IMG/VR virus record: IMGVR_UViG_3300035680_001736
Length of the DNA: 64,000 nucleotides
DNA from: an uncultured virus (IMG/VR IMGVR_UViG_3300035680_001736)
Taxonomy: Duplodnaviria > Heunggongvirae > Uroviricota > Caudoviricetes
Reading direction: 5' to 3' (one strand)
Under the pieces are notes generated by a model that ran no database searches, was not told the origin of the DNA, and worked only from the letters and a program-made list of their open reading frames with translations. Of the stretch, positions 49,146 through 59,401 are shown in pieces (the stretch's first letter is position 1; every line of letters begins with the position of its first letter). A program made the position numbers and the translations under genes.

Positions 49146-49625
49146 TTATTTCTTCTTTTTTGAACCACAATATGGTGGTGAACAACGTTTTTTACCGTCT
49201 AATCCTGGCATTCTACCTTTACAGACTTGAACTCCGTAGCCTGAGCTATATGCTGAGGGAAATACTTTAAACTTTGCCTTTGCGGCAGCGTAACCTCTTG
49301 AGCACAATTTTGTACCCGCTTTTTTACGACCTTCCATCATAACCATTTCTTCTTCATCTGATTGGTCATCTAAATCACTTTCATCAGAAGTTTCGTTCAT
49401 TAAAAAATCAAATACTTGGTCCATATTATTCTTTGCCTCGGCAATATGGTCTTGAGCCCAATCGTGACCGTTGTCCAAAATAGAATCAATTTCATCTCTA
49501 TTTTCACTTAACAATATATCACATTGTCTTCTTATTTGTTCTAAATTAGAAAAGAACATGTATCTATCAGAAGTTTGTTCTTCTAAAACTTTTTTAATTA
49601 GATTTTCTAGTTTGTTGTTTTTCAT
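49146..49625 (-). CDS. Hypothetical protein with a basic C-terminal AKxKF..PSAY domain
   Basis: KLENLIKKVLEE tag; DWAQDHI; CSRGYAAAKAKFKVFPSAY. Confidence 0.7.
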   Translation of the reverse strand: MKNNKLENLIKKVLEEQTSDRYMFFSNLEQIRRQCDILLSENRDEIDSILDNGHDWAQDHIAEAKNNMDQVFDFLMNETSDESDLDDQSDEEEMVMMEGRKKAGTKLCSRGYAAAKAKFKVFPSAYSSGYGVQVCKGRMPGLDGKKRCSPPYCGSKKKK

Positions 49626-49626
49626 T

Positions 49627-50130
49627 TTAAACCGTTTCGTTTCCTTTTATTTCTTCGCATACATTATCTAAAAAATACTCAACCTCATGTTCCAAACCTT
49701 CATATTTTTCAAATAAATTTACACCGTCGCCATCCTCAAAATTACATGTTGAGTACGTTCCATCTGTGTCACAATAAATTTCACCATAGAACTCATCGTT
49801 ATTAATTTCCAAATAACCACTGTGAATCATTTCATCAGGAGTATCCTCAGTTGACTCATATTTGAAGGTCATATCAACTCCATCTATTTTATTTGAAAAC
49901 TTATGTTCATAATCAAATGATTGAGACCTTGTTACAAGCTCTTCATCATCTTTAAATTCACCAGTTTCAGAATAATGTCTAAGATAAGATTGTTCTTTTG
50001 GGGTTAATCCCTCAAATCCAACACGGTTTATCTTATCCAAAATTGAATCAATTTCAGACTGACCTTCTGTGATAATACGTTTAATAACGTTAATTAATTC
50101 TGATTCTGTTAATCTAACTACTTTCTTCAT
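49627..50130 (-). CDS. Hypothetical protein with a DUF6576-like helical motif
   Basis: RLTESELINVIKRII tag; IDSILDKINRVGFEGLTPKEQSYL. Confidence 0.65.
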   Translation of the reverse strand: MKKVVRLTESELINVIKRIITEGQSEIDSILDKINRVGFEGLTPKEQSYLRHYSETGEFKDDEELVTRSQSFDYEHKFSNKIDGVDMTFKYESTEDTPDEMIHSGYLEINNDEFYGEIYCDTDGTYSTCNFEDGDGVNLFEKYEGLEHEVEYFLDNVCEEIKGNETV

Positions 50131-50136
50131 AATTAA

Positions 50137-50352
50137 TTATCCGTTTAAACCAAATGGGCCTCCCAAAACAACTGCGTCTAACATGACCACCGCCTTTCCA
50201 CCTAAGTTTGTCCATACAGGATGAGGAGGTGCAACTGATACAACTGATTGGTCACATTGCTCTAAACATATTACATTTGGGGTTCCGGCTGACAGGGGGG
50301 CATTTGCGCCGGCAATGTCACCGTAATAATAAATTGGATTAATATCTGCCAT
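50137..50352 (-). CDS. Small hypothetical virion-associated protein
   Basis: 71-aa ATG ORF in the operon; PPHPVWT motif. Confidence 0.6.
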   Translation of the reverse strand: MADINPIYYYGDIAGANAPLSAGTPNVICLEQCDQSVVSVAPPHPVWTNLGGKAVVMLDAVVLGGPFGLNG

Positions 50353-50374
50353 TTTATTTTATTTTTTAATTTTT

Positions 50375-51247
50375 TTATGTTGTTAAGACTAAAATACTAT
50401 CAGATTCTGAGTCTCCTACATATAAATATTGTGTCTCTGTTGAATAAAATCCAAATACTCCAGTATCACCACCACCACCTATAACTGCTCCGGAATAAAT
50501 AAGGTTTTCACTGAGTATTGTATTATTTGCACATCTAATTGTCGTAATAACAAAGTCATTAGTACCACCTGTTACATTTCCAACATAAATATAATCTTTG
50601 TCAGGATTAAAAACAAAAAATGGGGTGTTTCCAGTCAAATTTATATTGGCCTCATTACCCCATCCAGAAGGGTCCCATACTCTAATTCTAACGGTAGGTG
50701 TCCAAGTGTAAACAAAACTATTATTTGTGTTATATATGACTTTTCTGTTAAGAACCGCCCCATCCCCAATATTAATAGTATCTGCAGTCACACCGCTGAT
50801 AATATCTACCTTTGTCATAACATCACTGTGACCCCCGACTACATAACAATAACCATTATTATCTGATGCTATATCACCTTTATAACTGGTGGCAACATCA
50901 ATCGTACTTACAACTGTATTTGTAGATGCGTCTACAACTTTAACAACATTATCAAATACGCCAGATACATCAATTAATGCAACCAAATCATTGGTATTAT
51001 CGACAGCTATTCCAAAAGTGGACCCAGATACGTTTATTACTGTTTTAGTATTACCTGAATCATAAATAGTTAAACCTGTAAAGTTAGCAGATGGCCCTGC
51101 AAATATTTTTTGGTAATTGATGTTGTAAACTGAATTAATTAGGTTTATGTCACCCCCACTAACCGCTTGTAATGTATCAACACCGCTATAATCAGATGCG
51201 TCATAGACCTCTGTAGAACCTGTACTAAATGTATAAATAAATGGCAT
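50375..51247 (-). CDS. YncE/YVTN-like beta-propeller protein
   Basis: GIAVD, VKVVDASTNTVVSTIDV, FNPDKDYIYVGN blades. Confidence 0.7.
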   Translation of the reverse strand: MPFIYTFSTGSTEVYDASDYSGVDTLQAVSGGDINLINSVYNINYQKIFAGPSANFTGLTIYDSGNTKTVINVSGSTFGIAVDNTNDLVALIDVSGVFDNVVKVVDASTNTVVSTIDVATSYKGDIASDNNGYCYVVGGHSDVMTKVDIISGVTADTINIGDGAVLNRKVIYNTNNSFVYTWTPTVRIRVWDPSGWGNEANINLTGNTPFFVFNPDKDYIYVGNVTGGTNDFVITTIRCANNTILSENLIYSGAVIGGGGDTGVFGFYSTETQYLYVGDSESDSILVLTT

Positions 51248-51273
51248 ATTTTTTTGTTTTTTAAATTTTTATT

Positions 51274-54200
51274 TTATTTTATTATAACACCCTTTAAATT
51301 TTGATTATTAGGGTCAGTTAATGTATAAATTATCGTAAGTGGTGGTATGGTTGCATTTGTTGGTGTAGGTGTTGGAGTTTTAGTAGGTGTTGGGGTTTTA
51401 GTTGGAGTTTTACTATTGGTTGGAGTTTTAGTTTTGGTAGGTGTTGGGGACGGGAATGGTTTAGGACAATTTACAGTAACACTCCATAACGCCGCTTCTA
51501 TTGGTGAATTAACAATTAACATAGCCGTATTCGTAATTGGAGATGAAACTGTTTTATCAAATGTAACGAACCCGTTACCCGCTCCTTCAACATCAGGATA
51601 TCCTAATGAATTCAGTTGAGAGTTATAAGTTGAACTTCCTCTAAATCCGGTGTCAATTACCGTACTTCCGTTCCAAATAAGTTGATAGCTATCAGGTATA
51701 CTATAAGAGTTATAATTTAACTGAACTACGCCAATACCACTTCCTAATATAATTAAATACTCATGAATTCCTGGTTGAGAATTTACATAAATAGGTTGGT
51801 CACATGCCGAAAAGCCGGTATAAACAATAGGCCTTGTTTTTGTTGGTGTGTTTGTTGGAGTTGGAGTTTTAGTTTTTGTCGGAGTAACAGATGGTAATGG
51901 TCCAGGTTGACAAGGATTTGTTATTGTATAACAATTTGAATTACATGGGTCATAAATATAACCTGTAGGACATGTATATCCGCTTGACAAATATTGTCCA
52001 GATATATTTTGAACGGTGGTTGCACTTGTTTGCCCACTAGAAGAGAATAATATATTCAAGTCAGATACGGTAGTTGCTCCCGTTAATTCATCAATTGTAT
52101 TATTATAAATTTCACATCCAAAAGACGCTATACTTAAATTATCTCTATTTAAACCGTATAATTCTATTACGTGATTTCCAGCACCAAGAGTTACAGGGTA
52201 AACATGCCAATATATAAATGAAATGTTAGTATCGTTATCATACAACCCATCATAAGGTCCATTGATTGTGTTTACAATATCAGTACCATCGACAACAATT
52301 CTAAAATTATTATCCGCTCCCAAACCAATCCAGTATGTTTTTGTTTCAGGTGCATTAACACATACGCTATACCCTAACCAAGTATTAATAGGGAAATTTA
52401 AATCAGTACTCCATTTTCCAGTTCTGTTTAAAGGACCATTAGTATAATTAGCTCTTCTCCATACAACAGGGGTAGTTGAAAGATATAGGTAATCATTATT
52501 AGGACTCGTTCCATTTAAATTAAATGGACTATGGAATACGGTTCCCATCATTGTATAAGTACCATACGTAACTCCTGTTAAATTTACAATTGATTGTGAG
52601 GATGGGGTGGTTGCCGAAGTTATTATTTGTGTGTCAGAACAATTGGTTGGGGTTTGAGTTCTTGTAGGTGTTTGAGTTTTAGTAACAGTTGGTGTTTGAG
52701 TTCTTGTAGGAGTTTGAGTTCTTGTAGGAGTTTGAGTTTTTGTTTTTGTAGGAGTAATTGATTTTGTTGGAGTGTTTGTTGGAGTAATTGATTTTGTTGG
52801 AGTGTTTGTTGGGGTTTGAGTTTGAGTTGGGGTTTTTGTAGGAGTTTGAGTTTTTGTTGGAGTTGGAGTATCCTTAGGGCAATCGGTGAAACAAGAACCT
52901 GAATCACAAGATTGAATAGGTCCATTAATACCATTGAATATGTAATTGTACAACGATGTTCCAGACGTTGAAACTTTTGCACATCCTATAAATCCACTAC
53001 TATTAATCTCCCAAATAGTTCCACCTGTTAAATATTCGAAAACTGAAGGTGGTATTTGGTATAATGCGAATATCTCATTAGATATTGAACTACAACATGG
53101 TTCAAAAATAACCTGTAAATTAGATGTTAAAGTTGGAGTTGCGGTAGGTCTTATTGTTCTAGTTACTGTCTTAGTAACGGTAACCGATGGGGTAACTGAT
53201 GGTGTTCTTGTAGGTGTTTTAGTTTTTGTTGGAGTAACACTAGATGTTTTTGTTGGAGTATTATAAGGTGTTACTGTTTTAGTTGGAGTTGGGGTATTAG
53301 TTGGAGTTATTGTAGGTGTATTTGTTGAAGTTTTTGTTCTAGTTGGGGTATTTGTTCTAGTTGGAGTATTTGTTGGAGTTCTAGATGGGGTTCTTGTAGG
53401 TGTTTGAGTTTTTGTTACAGTTTTTGTTACTGTATTGGTTGGAGTTATTGATGGTGTTTGATTTGGTGTGTTAAATGGGGTTTTTGTGTTTGTAGTCGTT
53501 GAAGTCTTAGTAGGAGTATTTGTAGGGGTTGGTGATTTAGTTTTAGTTTTAGTTGGGGTACCGGTTTTAGTTGGTGTTGGTGAAACATAATTAGAAGTGT
53601 TTGTTCTAGTTACTGTTGGTGTTTTAGTTTTAGTTGGAGTTTTAGTCGGTACATTAGTTGAGGTTGCGGTTGGAGTTGCAGCTGTATACCCATTTGTTTC
53701 AGTAGGGGTTGTAGAAGGCTGTGGTGTTGGTTGTATAAAATTAATAGTAGAACAAGAATATAATGTAAAATAATCAGAAGATATACCATTAAAATTAGAA
53801 GCGGCTGTGCTAATTGTGTAAGGTGGGTTTAAACTAACACTTTTAACCAATTGAACGTACCACTCGGTATTATAATCAACATATGTAAAATACAATTGAC
53901 CACTAAATTCAAAAATTGAAGTTACTGAAATTTCATTATCTGATGAAATATAGATACTTAATTCTGATGAATTGCCGTTAGGGTTAGTATAGTCGTATTG
54001 ATTTATATAGTAAGAATTGTTAAATGTATTTTTTACTAAAACTAAAATTTTATTTGTTGAAGTAATAATAAAATCTATTATTAATAGATTTACCGGTAAC
54101 GTTATTAAATCAGTTGTTAAGCTATTATTTAAAACACCATTTTGGAATGTATATTGTCTAATATAATTGTTTGTTGATATGAAATTAACGCCTTCATAAT

Positions 54201-57200
54201 ATGAAACAAATATTATGTTGTTACTTATTGCAAAAATCGAAGTTGCATTATCAGTAGAACTAATATCAAATGTATCAGAGAATGTAACATTTAATGGAGG
54301 ACTTGTTAAATTATATTTAGTTATTTGGGTTGCAAAAATGTTTCCGTTAGATGTCAGATTTTTGACTGAATATAAACTATTTTCAGCCAATGTGAATTTT
54401 GTGGCCGAATTATAAATGAAATTAGGCTCCATCAAATAACTGTTTGAATTTTGTAGGTTAAACAAATACAAACTATTGTTAAGAATATAATATATTGGAC
54501 AATCAGGATATAAAGTTGGTATTGTTTGAGTAGGGGTTTTTGTTGGTGTTGGGGTGGGAGTTACAAAATTACAAGTTACTTGTTCATTTGTTAAAATATC
54601 AATACAATATACACAAGAGAAATTTTGTGGATAAGTAATAATTGCAAAAATCGCGGTATTATTTTCAAAATAAGATAATGGTAAGATAGTACTTTGTCCG
54701 TTACTTATGGAGGTTATAATTTGATATGTTGATGTTATTTGTATTAAATCATATCCAGATTCATTATTAACGAATCTATAATCACCTCCTGATATTTCAA
54801 TATCAGAAATAGTAACACCGGTTAAACTCGGGCAATTACTTAGGACTGTTGAACTTGGAGTAAACGACGGAGTAGGAGTTATTGCACTAAAACTTAATGA
54901 CTTTGAACCTACAACGCTCGAACCCAACCAATAATCTAAAATTTCATATATTTCAGGCCCTCCAGTTGAGAATATTGGCCCATCAGATAAAATTTTATCT
55001 ATTTGAGTTTTATCCATTCCTTTTAAGAACACTCTATCTTGTTTTCCTTTTTCTCTAACTAATAATTTTACTTGGTAAGTTTCTGAACACTCAGTACAAC
55101 TACTATATTTTATTTTAGCATCAGTAGTATAGATTATAGTGTCTCCTGATGTAACCTCAGAACCTATGGTACCACAAACTACTTCAGTTTTATTTACATA
55201 GGCTAAAACTATAGAACCAATTTCAGTATTTACCGGAGCATAAGTGAATCCGGTAATACCATCACAAGTCAGAAATTCATAAAGTCTTTCATTAGAACCT
55301 AAACTAACTTTAACTAAATTTTCAACAGGGGAAGTAAATGAACCTCCAAAAATCAAAGTTTTTTCTTCACAACTTTGTAACTGTGGTTGAGTTGTTAACT
55401 TTTTTACAGAAACTAATGGATTAGAACCACTTGTACTTCTACATCTAATATTTTCATTAATAAATGGGTTATCAGTTAAATTAGTACAAATTTGTCTATC
55501 TTGAGACCCTACAATTTCACTATTGTTTACGTATGTAACATTAGGCCCAACTGTTATTAATCTTTTTGTACATATTTTTTCGGTACCTACAAATTTAACG
55601 GTTTTTGTTGGGTATGAACGTAAAGGTGCATATGTTGTCAAATATTCAGGGTCTGTTATGCAACTGACATAACTTACTATTTGAGGGGTAGTTCCACTAT
55701 TATATAAGGTATAACAATCACAAGGGAAATTAAAAGTTACCTCGTTAACTGAAGTTATTCCATCTACACATGTGAAAGTAACTATAAATGTTATTGTTTG
55801 CACCCATTCAGAAAGATAACCGGTCAACCCAACATTATGAGGTATCCATGTATCTCCAGGTTCAATTCCAACATATTCAGAATTCTCACCTACTAAATAC
55901 AATTGGAATCCTCCTGGTCTTTCAACCTTAATTGAAGATATGTTTTCATCCAATGGTTGCTCAAAATAAATCTTAAATTGATTAGTTGGACCCACGTATT
56001 CAATATTAGAAACTGAATAGTTACATAAACTTCTATTTTTTGTTAAAGAAAGTACAGCATTAACCTGACCGTCAAGTGATAAATCGTTTGCAAATCCAGT
56101 ATCACAAATACCTTCATTACTAATTCTTAATACGTTGTTTAATCCGCAATTATTACCATTGGTGTCTTCATAACAATCAAAGTCACCAGTAATCACTATT
56201 TTTCCATCACAATCAGTTGTTATTGAATATGCGGAGCCATCTAAACCAGTTGTCGCTGAAAACTTGGTATCTAAAATACCTCTTGAATCTATTCTAACAA
56301 TATTTGTTGGAATTGGTTGTTTTTTAAATGAGGTAATCCACGAACTTAGATTATCTCCTCCTCCAATAACTATTAATGAATTATCTAATAATATTTCAAT
56401 ACCAGTAACATTTGGCGTCAGACCTGATAAATTAAACCCTCCTTCAAAATTGTCATATATTGTACCATCGGTATTTAATATAATGATACCTCTAGCTGTT
56501 TGACCATTATATTGAGAGAAATTACCACCAATTATAATAGTATTATTTATATATTTTTTTATTATATTTACAGGTCCGTTAAATCCTTCACCTGAATTTT
56601 TAAAGAACTTATTATCTATTTGCCCTAAACTATTTATTTTTACAATGTTATCTGATGGTGTTTGAGTTATTGGACATTTTCCATTAACACAATTACCAAG
56701 TAAAGTTTGAGAAATATTTGTTCCTAAAGATAATACATTTTGAACGCATAATTTTTTGGTTCCTTTAAATTTAATTTTTTTAGTTGTTGATGCACAATCA
56801 ACATATGTCATACCTTGAGCCGTACTTCCGCTATTATAGAATTTATAACACTGGCAAGGTTCAGGAGGTCGAACTAAATACGAAAAGATATTACAATCCT
56901 TCAAAGATGATGCCCCGACAAATGTTCTTTGGGGATGATGAGTTATGTTTGATTGATTGGCTGATTGTATATTATAAACAAATGGAATAAATCCTATATT
57001 AGGGTCATTAATTTTAAATATAAACTCATTGTTAGATGGTGAGTCATAAAAATCGTTTGGATGACGCGTAAATGTAAGATACCAATAATTTTGAAAAGAA
57101 AACAACCCTCCAACTTCTAACCTAATGTCAATACCTCCATCATCTATATATTGCACAGGTGTTGTTGCTGAAAATACTACACCCCCACTTACAATATCAA

Positions 57201-59280
57201 TTTCATAAATAGTTGTATATGCGCTTTGTCCTAAAGACTCTCTCTCCGAAAAGGCGTAAACTATAGTATTATTATCTGTAACTAATACGTCAGAGTAAAA
57301 TCTTGGGTTTGCGGGGTAATTAGAAAATATATCGGGATTTATACCCTCTATTGGAATTGGATTTACCGTTACATTTCCGACGCTATTTATAGGAATTTTT
57401 ACAAAAGAAATATCATAGAAACTGTTAAATAATGTTGATATCAAATTTTCGCTATCAAATACTGCCAATCCTCTTCCTAAACCTACGAACTCTTCAGGCT
57501 CGGCTATGGTTATAGTTCTTACTAATTCTGAAACATCGTAGTTAGAATTTAAAATGTTATACTCATATATTGTTTTAGCATGTGTTCCAGTTCCTGGCGA
57601 TTTGTAAAGTATCCAAATCTTACCTGTATTTGTATTATAATTAAAAGTATGTGCAATATCAACCGCCTGTTCACCCACCGCTGCTTGCAAATTATTTTCG
57701 CTTTCGAATATAACTCTAGCCGTATTGGTTAAAATATTATAAGATACTATATTGAATCTTTTTTCAGCCGGGTCTCCTGGTAACACCACTCCTGGTATAG
57801 TGTTATATATGACATTTTCATGTTCTACAAACAAAATGTGTCTATCGCATGTGCTTGATTTTAAATCACCACCAACAAATATCGAATCTTTATCTGTGGA
57901 TAAAATAGTTTTAACCTCTCCGCTTATATATAAATTATCTGAAAAAGTTAAATCTTGGATTCCGTTTTTGTCTAGTTTAACTAATGGACAAACCATTCTA
58001 TCATTATAATAATTAAAATCTCCACCTACCAAAATACTATCACCAAATTCAACAATGGTATTTACAGAAGCTCCAGAAACTAATAAATCTTTAGTGAAAC
58101 CATTTTTATTTATTATTGGTGAATTTTTAAATTGAGTGTTATTTTTATTAATATTTGCAAAATCAAATATGACTGAACTTTCCGTATTAGTTAAAAAAGT
58201 TTCAGTATATGATGAAGTTCCATCACTTATACCGCCAAGTCTATTAACAGTTCCTGTGAAAGGATTAGACTCAATATTTAAAACAAATTTATTCGGGTTA
58301 TTCAAATAAAATTCGTAACTATATATTAAAGGTGAAGTATCATCGGCACAAGATACTGATGTTGACCACTTACCTCCATTTTCGGCCGTTATTACAACAA
58401 AAATGAACTTAGGACCGGTACCGTCCAAATAAATAGAATTATCAATAGAGCTTCCTAAATCTGACATTCTCGTATCGGTATCATCTAATGTGAAAGTAAA
58501 ATCAGGAGAGTTAGGATACAATGAGCTATAATAAACGTCAAAAGTAACCGGAAAACCTAATGATGGGTCAATTTCCGTATCCAAATAAACTAATCCTTTT
58601 GGTGTGTTTTCTTTTTGTTCACATAACTGTATTGTTGTATAAGAAATTACCGATTGATTTATATTTTGTTCAACTCCGCATTTTTCTGAATTACAAAAAC
58701 AAGTATTATTAAGTACAACTTGTGGTAACTCTTCATTACAATTAACTTTTTCAAAATAAACGTAATCTCCTAAAAATGATGTATTTGATTTATCACCTTG
58801 TCTGTAATTTATATTATAACATGTGCTTTCATAACTTTGATATGAGTCAGCATTGGTGTCAATTCTTATAATACCAGTTGTAAACTCTATTAATGGAAAG
58901 GTTTTAGTTTGTCCTATTTTAACGTTTAATCCAGTCCAACCATTTGAACCATCATATATATAAATGGTATTTTTTGTTAAGTTTTTTACATAAATTGTTG
59001 GTCCTTGGAACCCGTTTGGTCCTACTGTTACTTCGGCCAATTCTTCTGCAGGGCGGTTTGTTCTAGTTGGAGTATTTGTTGGAGTAATTCCAGAAGTTTT
59101 AGTAGGGGTTTTAGTATTAGTTGGAGTTTTAGTATTTGTAGGACTATTAGTTGGTGTTGGATTAACGAACCCGCTGCTAGGCGTTTTAGTTGGGGTTGGA
59201 GTGTTACTTGGTGTAGGTGTATTTGTTGGAAACGGGGTTAACACAAATCCCAAAGGAGGATTATAATTTTGACTTTCCAT
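51274..59280 (-). CDS. Giant (2668 aa) TP-rich mosaic protein: delta-60 propeller, DIAH propellers, 6-Cys, PA14-like and VIDTGFRG modules
   Basis: ILVGGDFNYYN...LDKNGIQDLTF repeats; modules shared with the genes at 1-16168. Confidence 0.85.
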   Translation of the reverse strand: MESQNYNPPLGFVLTPFPTNTPTPSNTPTPTKTPSSGFVNPTPTNSPTNTKTPTNTKTPTKTSGITPTNTPTRTNRPAEELAEVTVGPNGFQGPTIYVKNLTKNTIYIYDGSNGWTGLNVKIGQTKTFPLIEFTTGIIRIDTNADSYQSYESTCYNINYRQGDKSNTSFLGDYVYFEKVNCNEELPQVVLNNTCFCNSEKCGVEQNINQSVISYTTIQLCEQKENTPKGLVYLDTEIDPSLGFPVTFDVYYSSLYPNSPDFTFTLDDTDTRMSDLGSSIDNSIYLDGTGPKFIFVVITAENGGKWSTSVSCADDTSPLIYSYEFYLNNPNKFVLNIESNPFTGTVNRLGGISDGTSSYTETFLTNTESSVIFDFANINKNNTQFKNSPIINKNGFTKDLLVSGASVNTIVEFGDSILVGGDFNYYNDRMVCPLVKLDKNGIQDLTFSDNLYISGEVKTILSTDKDSIFVGGDLKSSTCDRHILFVEHENVIYNTIPGVVLPGDPAEKRFNIVSYNILTNTARVIFESENNLQAAVGEQAVDIAHTFNYNTNTGKIWILYKSPGTGTHAKTIYEYNILNSNYDVSELVRTITIAEPEEFVGLGRGLAVFDSENLISTLFNSFYDISFVKIPINSVGNVTVNPIPIEGINPDIFSNYPANPRFYSDVLVTDNNTIVYAFSERESLGQSAYTTIYEIDIVSGGVVFSATTPVQYIDDGGIDIRLEVGGLFSFQNYWYLTFTRHPNDFYDSPSNNEFIFKINDPNIGFIPFVYNIQSANQSNITHHPQRTFVGASSLKDCNIFSYLVRPPEPCQCYKFYNSGSTAQGMTYVDCASTTKKIKFKGTKKLCVQNVLSLGTNISQTLLGNCVNGKCPITQTPSDNIVKINSLGQIDNKFFKNSGEGFNGPVNIIKKYINNTIIIGGNFSQYNGQTARGIIILNTDGTIYDNFEGGFNLSGLTPNVTGIEILLDNSLIVIGGGDNLSSWITSFKKQPIPTNIVRIDSRGILDTKFSATTGLDGSAYSITTDCDGKIVITGDFDCYEDTNGNNCGLNNVLRISNEGICDTGFANDLSLDGQVNAVLSLTKNRSLCNYSVSNIEYVGPTNQFKIYFEQPLDENISSIKVERPGGFQLYLVGENSEYVGIEPGDTWIPHNVGLTGYLSEWVQTITFIVTFTCVDGITSVNEVTFNFPCDCYTLYNSGTTPQIVSYVSCITDPEYLTTYAPLRSYPTKTVKFVGTEKICTKRLITVGPNVTYVNNSEIVGSQDRQICTNLTDNPFINENIRCRSTSGSNPLVSVKKLTTQPQLQSCEEKTLIFGGSFTSPVENLVKVSLGSNERLYEFLTCDGITGFTYAPVNTEIGSIVLAYVNKTEVVCGTIGSEVTSGDTIIYTTDAKIKYSSCTECSETYQVKLLVREKGKQDRVFLKGMDKTQIDKILSDGPIFSTGGPEIYEILDYWLGSSVVGSKSLSFSAITPTPSFTPSSTVLSNCPSLTGVTISDIEISGGDYRFVNNESGYDLIQITSTYQIITSISNGQSTILPLSYFENNTAIFAIITYPQNFSCVYCIDILTNEQVTCNFVTPTPTPTKTPTQTIPTLYPDCPIYYILNNSLYLFNLQNSNSYLMEPNFIYNSATKFTLAENSLYSVKNLTSNGNIFATQITKYNLTSPPLNVTFSDTFDISSTDNATSIFAISNNIIFVSYYEGVNFISTNNYIRQYTFQNGVLNNSLTTDLITLPVNLLIIDFIITSTNKILVLVKNTFNNSYYINQYDYTNPNGNSSELSIYISSDNEISVTSIFEFSGQLYFTYVDYNTEWYVQLVKSVSLNPPYTISTAASNFNGISSDYFTLYSCSTINFIQPTPQPSTTPTETNGYTAATPTATSTNVPTKTPTKTKTPTVTRTNTSNYVSPTPTKTGTPTKTKTKSPTPTNTPTKTSTTTNTKTPFNTPNQTPSITPTNTVTKTVTKTQTPTRTPSRTPTNTPTRTNTPTRTKTSTNTPTITPTNTPTPTKTVTPYNTPTKTSSVTPTKTKTPTRTPSVTPSVTVTKTVTRTIRPTATPTLTSNLQVIFEPCCSSISNEIFALYQIPPSVFEYLTGGTIWEINSSGFIGCAKVSTSGTSLYNYIFNGINGPIQSCDSGSCFTDCPKDTPTPTKTQTPTKTPTQTQTPTNTPTKSITPTNTPTKSITPTKTKTQTPTRTQTPTRTQTPTVTKTQTPTRTQTPTNCSDTQIITSATTPSSQSIVNLTGVTYGTYTMMGTVFHSPFNLNGTSPNNDYLYLSTTPVVWRRANYTNGPLNRTGKWSTDLNFPINTWLGYSVCVNAPETKTYWIGLGADNNFRIVVDGTDIVNTINGPYDGLYDNDTNISFIYWHVYPVTLGAGNHVIELYGLNRDNLSIASFGCEIYNNTIDELTGATTVSDLNILFSSSGQTSATTVQNISGQYLSSGYTCPTGYIYDPCNSNCYTITNPCQPGPLPSVTPTKTKTPTPTNTPTKTRPIVYTGFSACDQPIYVNSQPGIHEYLIILGSGIGVVQLNYNSYSIPDSYQLIWNGSTVIDTGFRGSSTYNSQLNSLGYPDVEGAGNGFVTFDKTVSSPITNTAMLIVNSPIEAALWSVTVNCPKPFPSPTPTKTKTPTNSKTPTKTPTPTKTPTPTPTNATIPPLTIIYTLTDPNNQNLKGVIIK
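52751..52812. repeat. Perfect 30-bp tandem repeat
   Basis: ggagtaattgattttgttggagtgtttgtt twice. Confidence 0.85.
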
Positions 59281-59351
59281 TTACTTATATTTTTTTAATA
59301 GTGTATTCTAAATACAATTATTTATAGTTTTTATATAAATATCAATAAATT

Positions 59352-59379
59352 AAAAAGGAGGTTAAATAACCTCCTTTTT
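59352..59379. terminator. Bidirectional intrinsic terminator
   Basis: aaaaaggaggtta-aa-taacctccttttt perfect inverted repeat downstream of the 59402 stop. Confidence 0.85.
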
Positions 59380-59401
59380 TAATAATTATTTTTTTGTAAT
59401 A

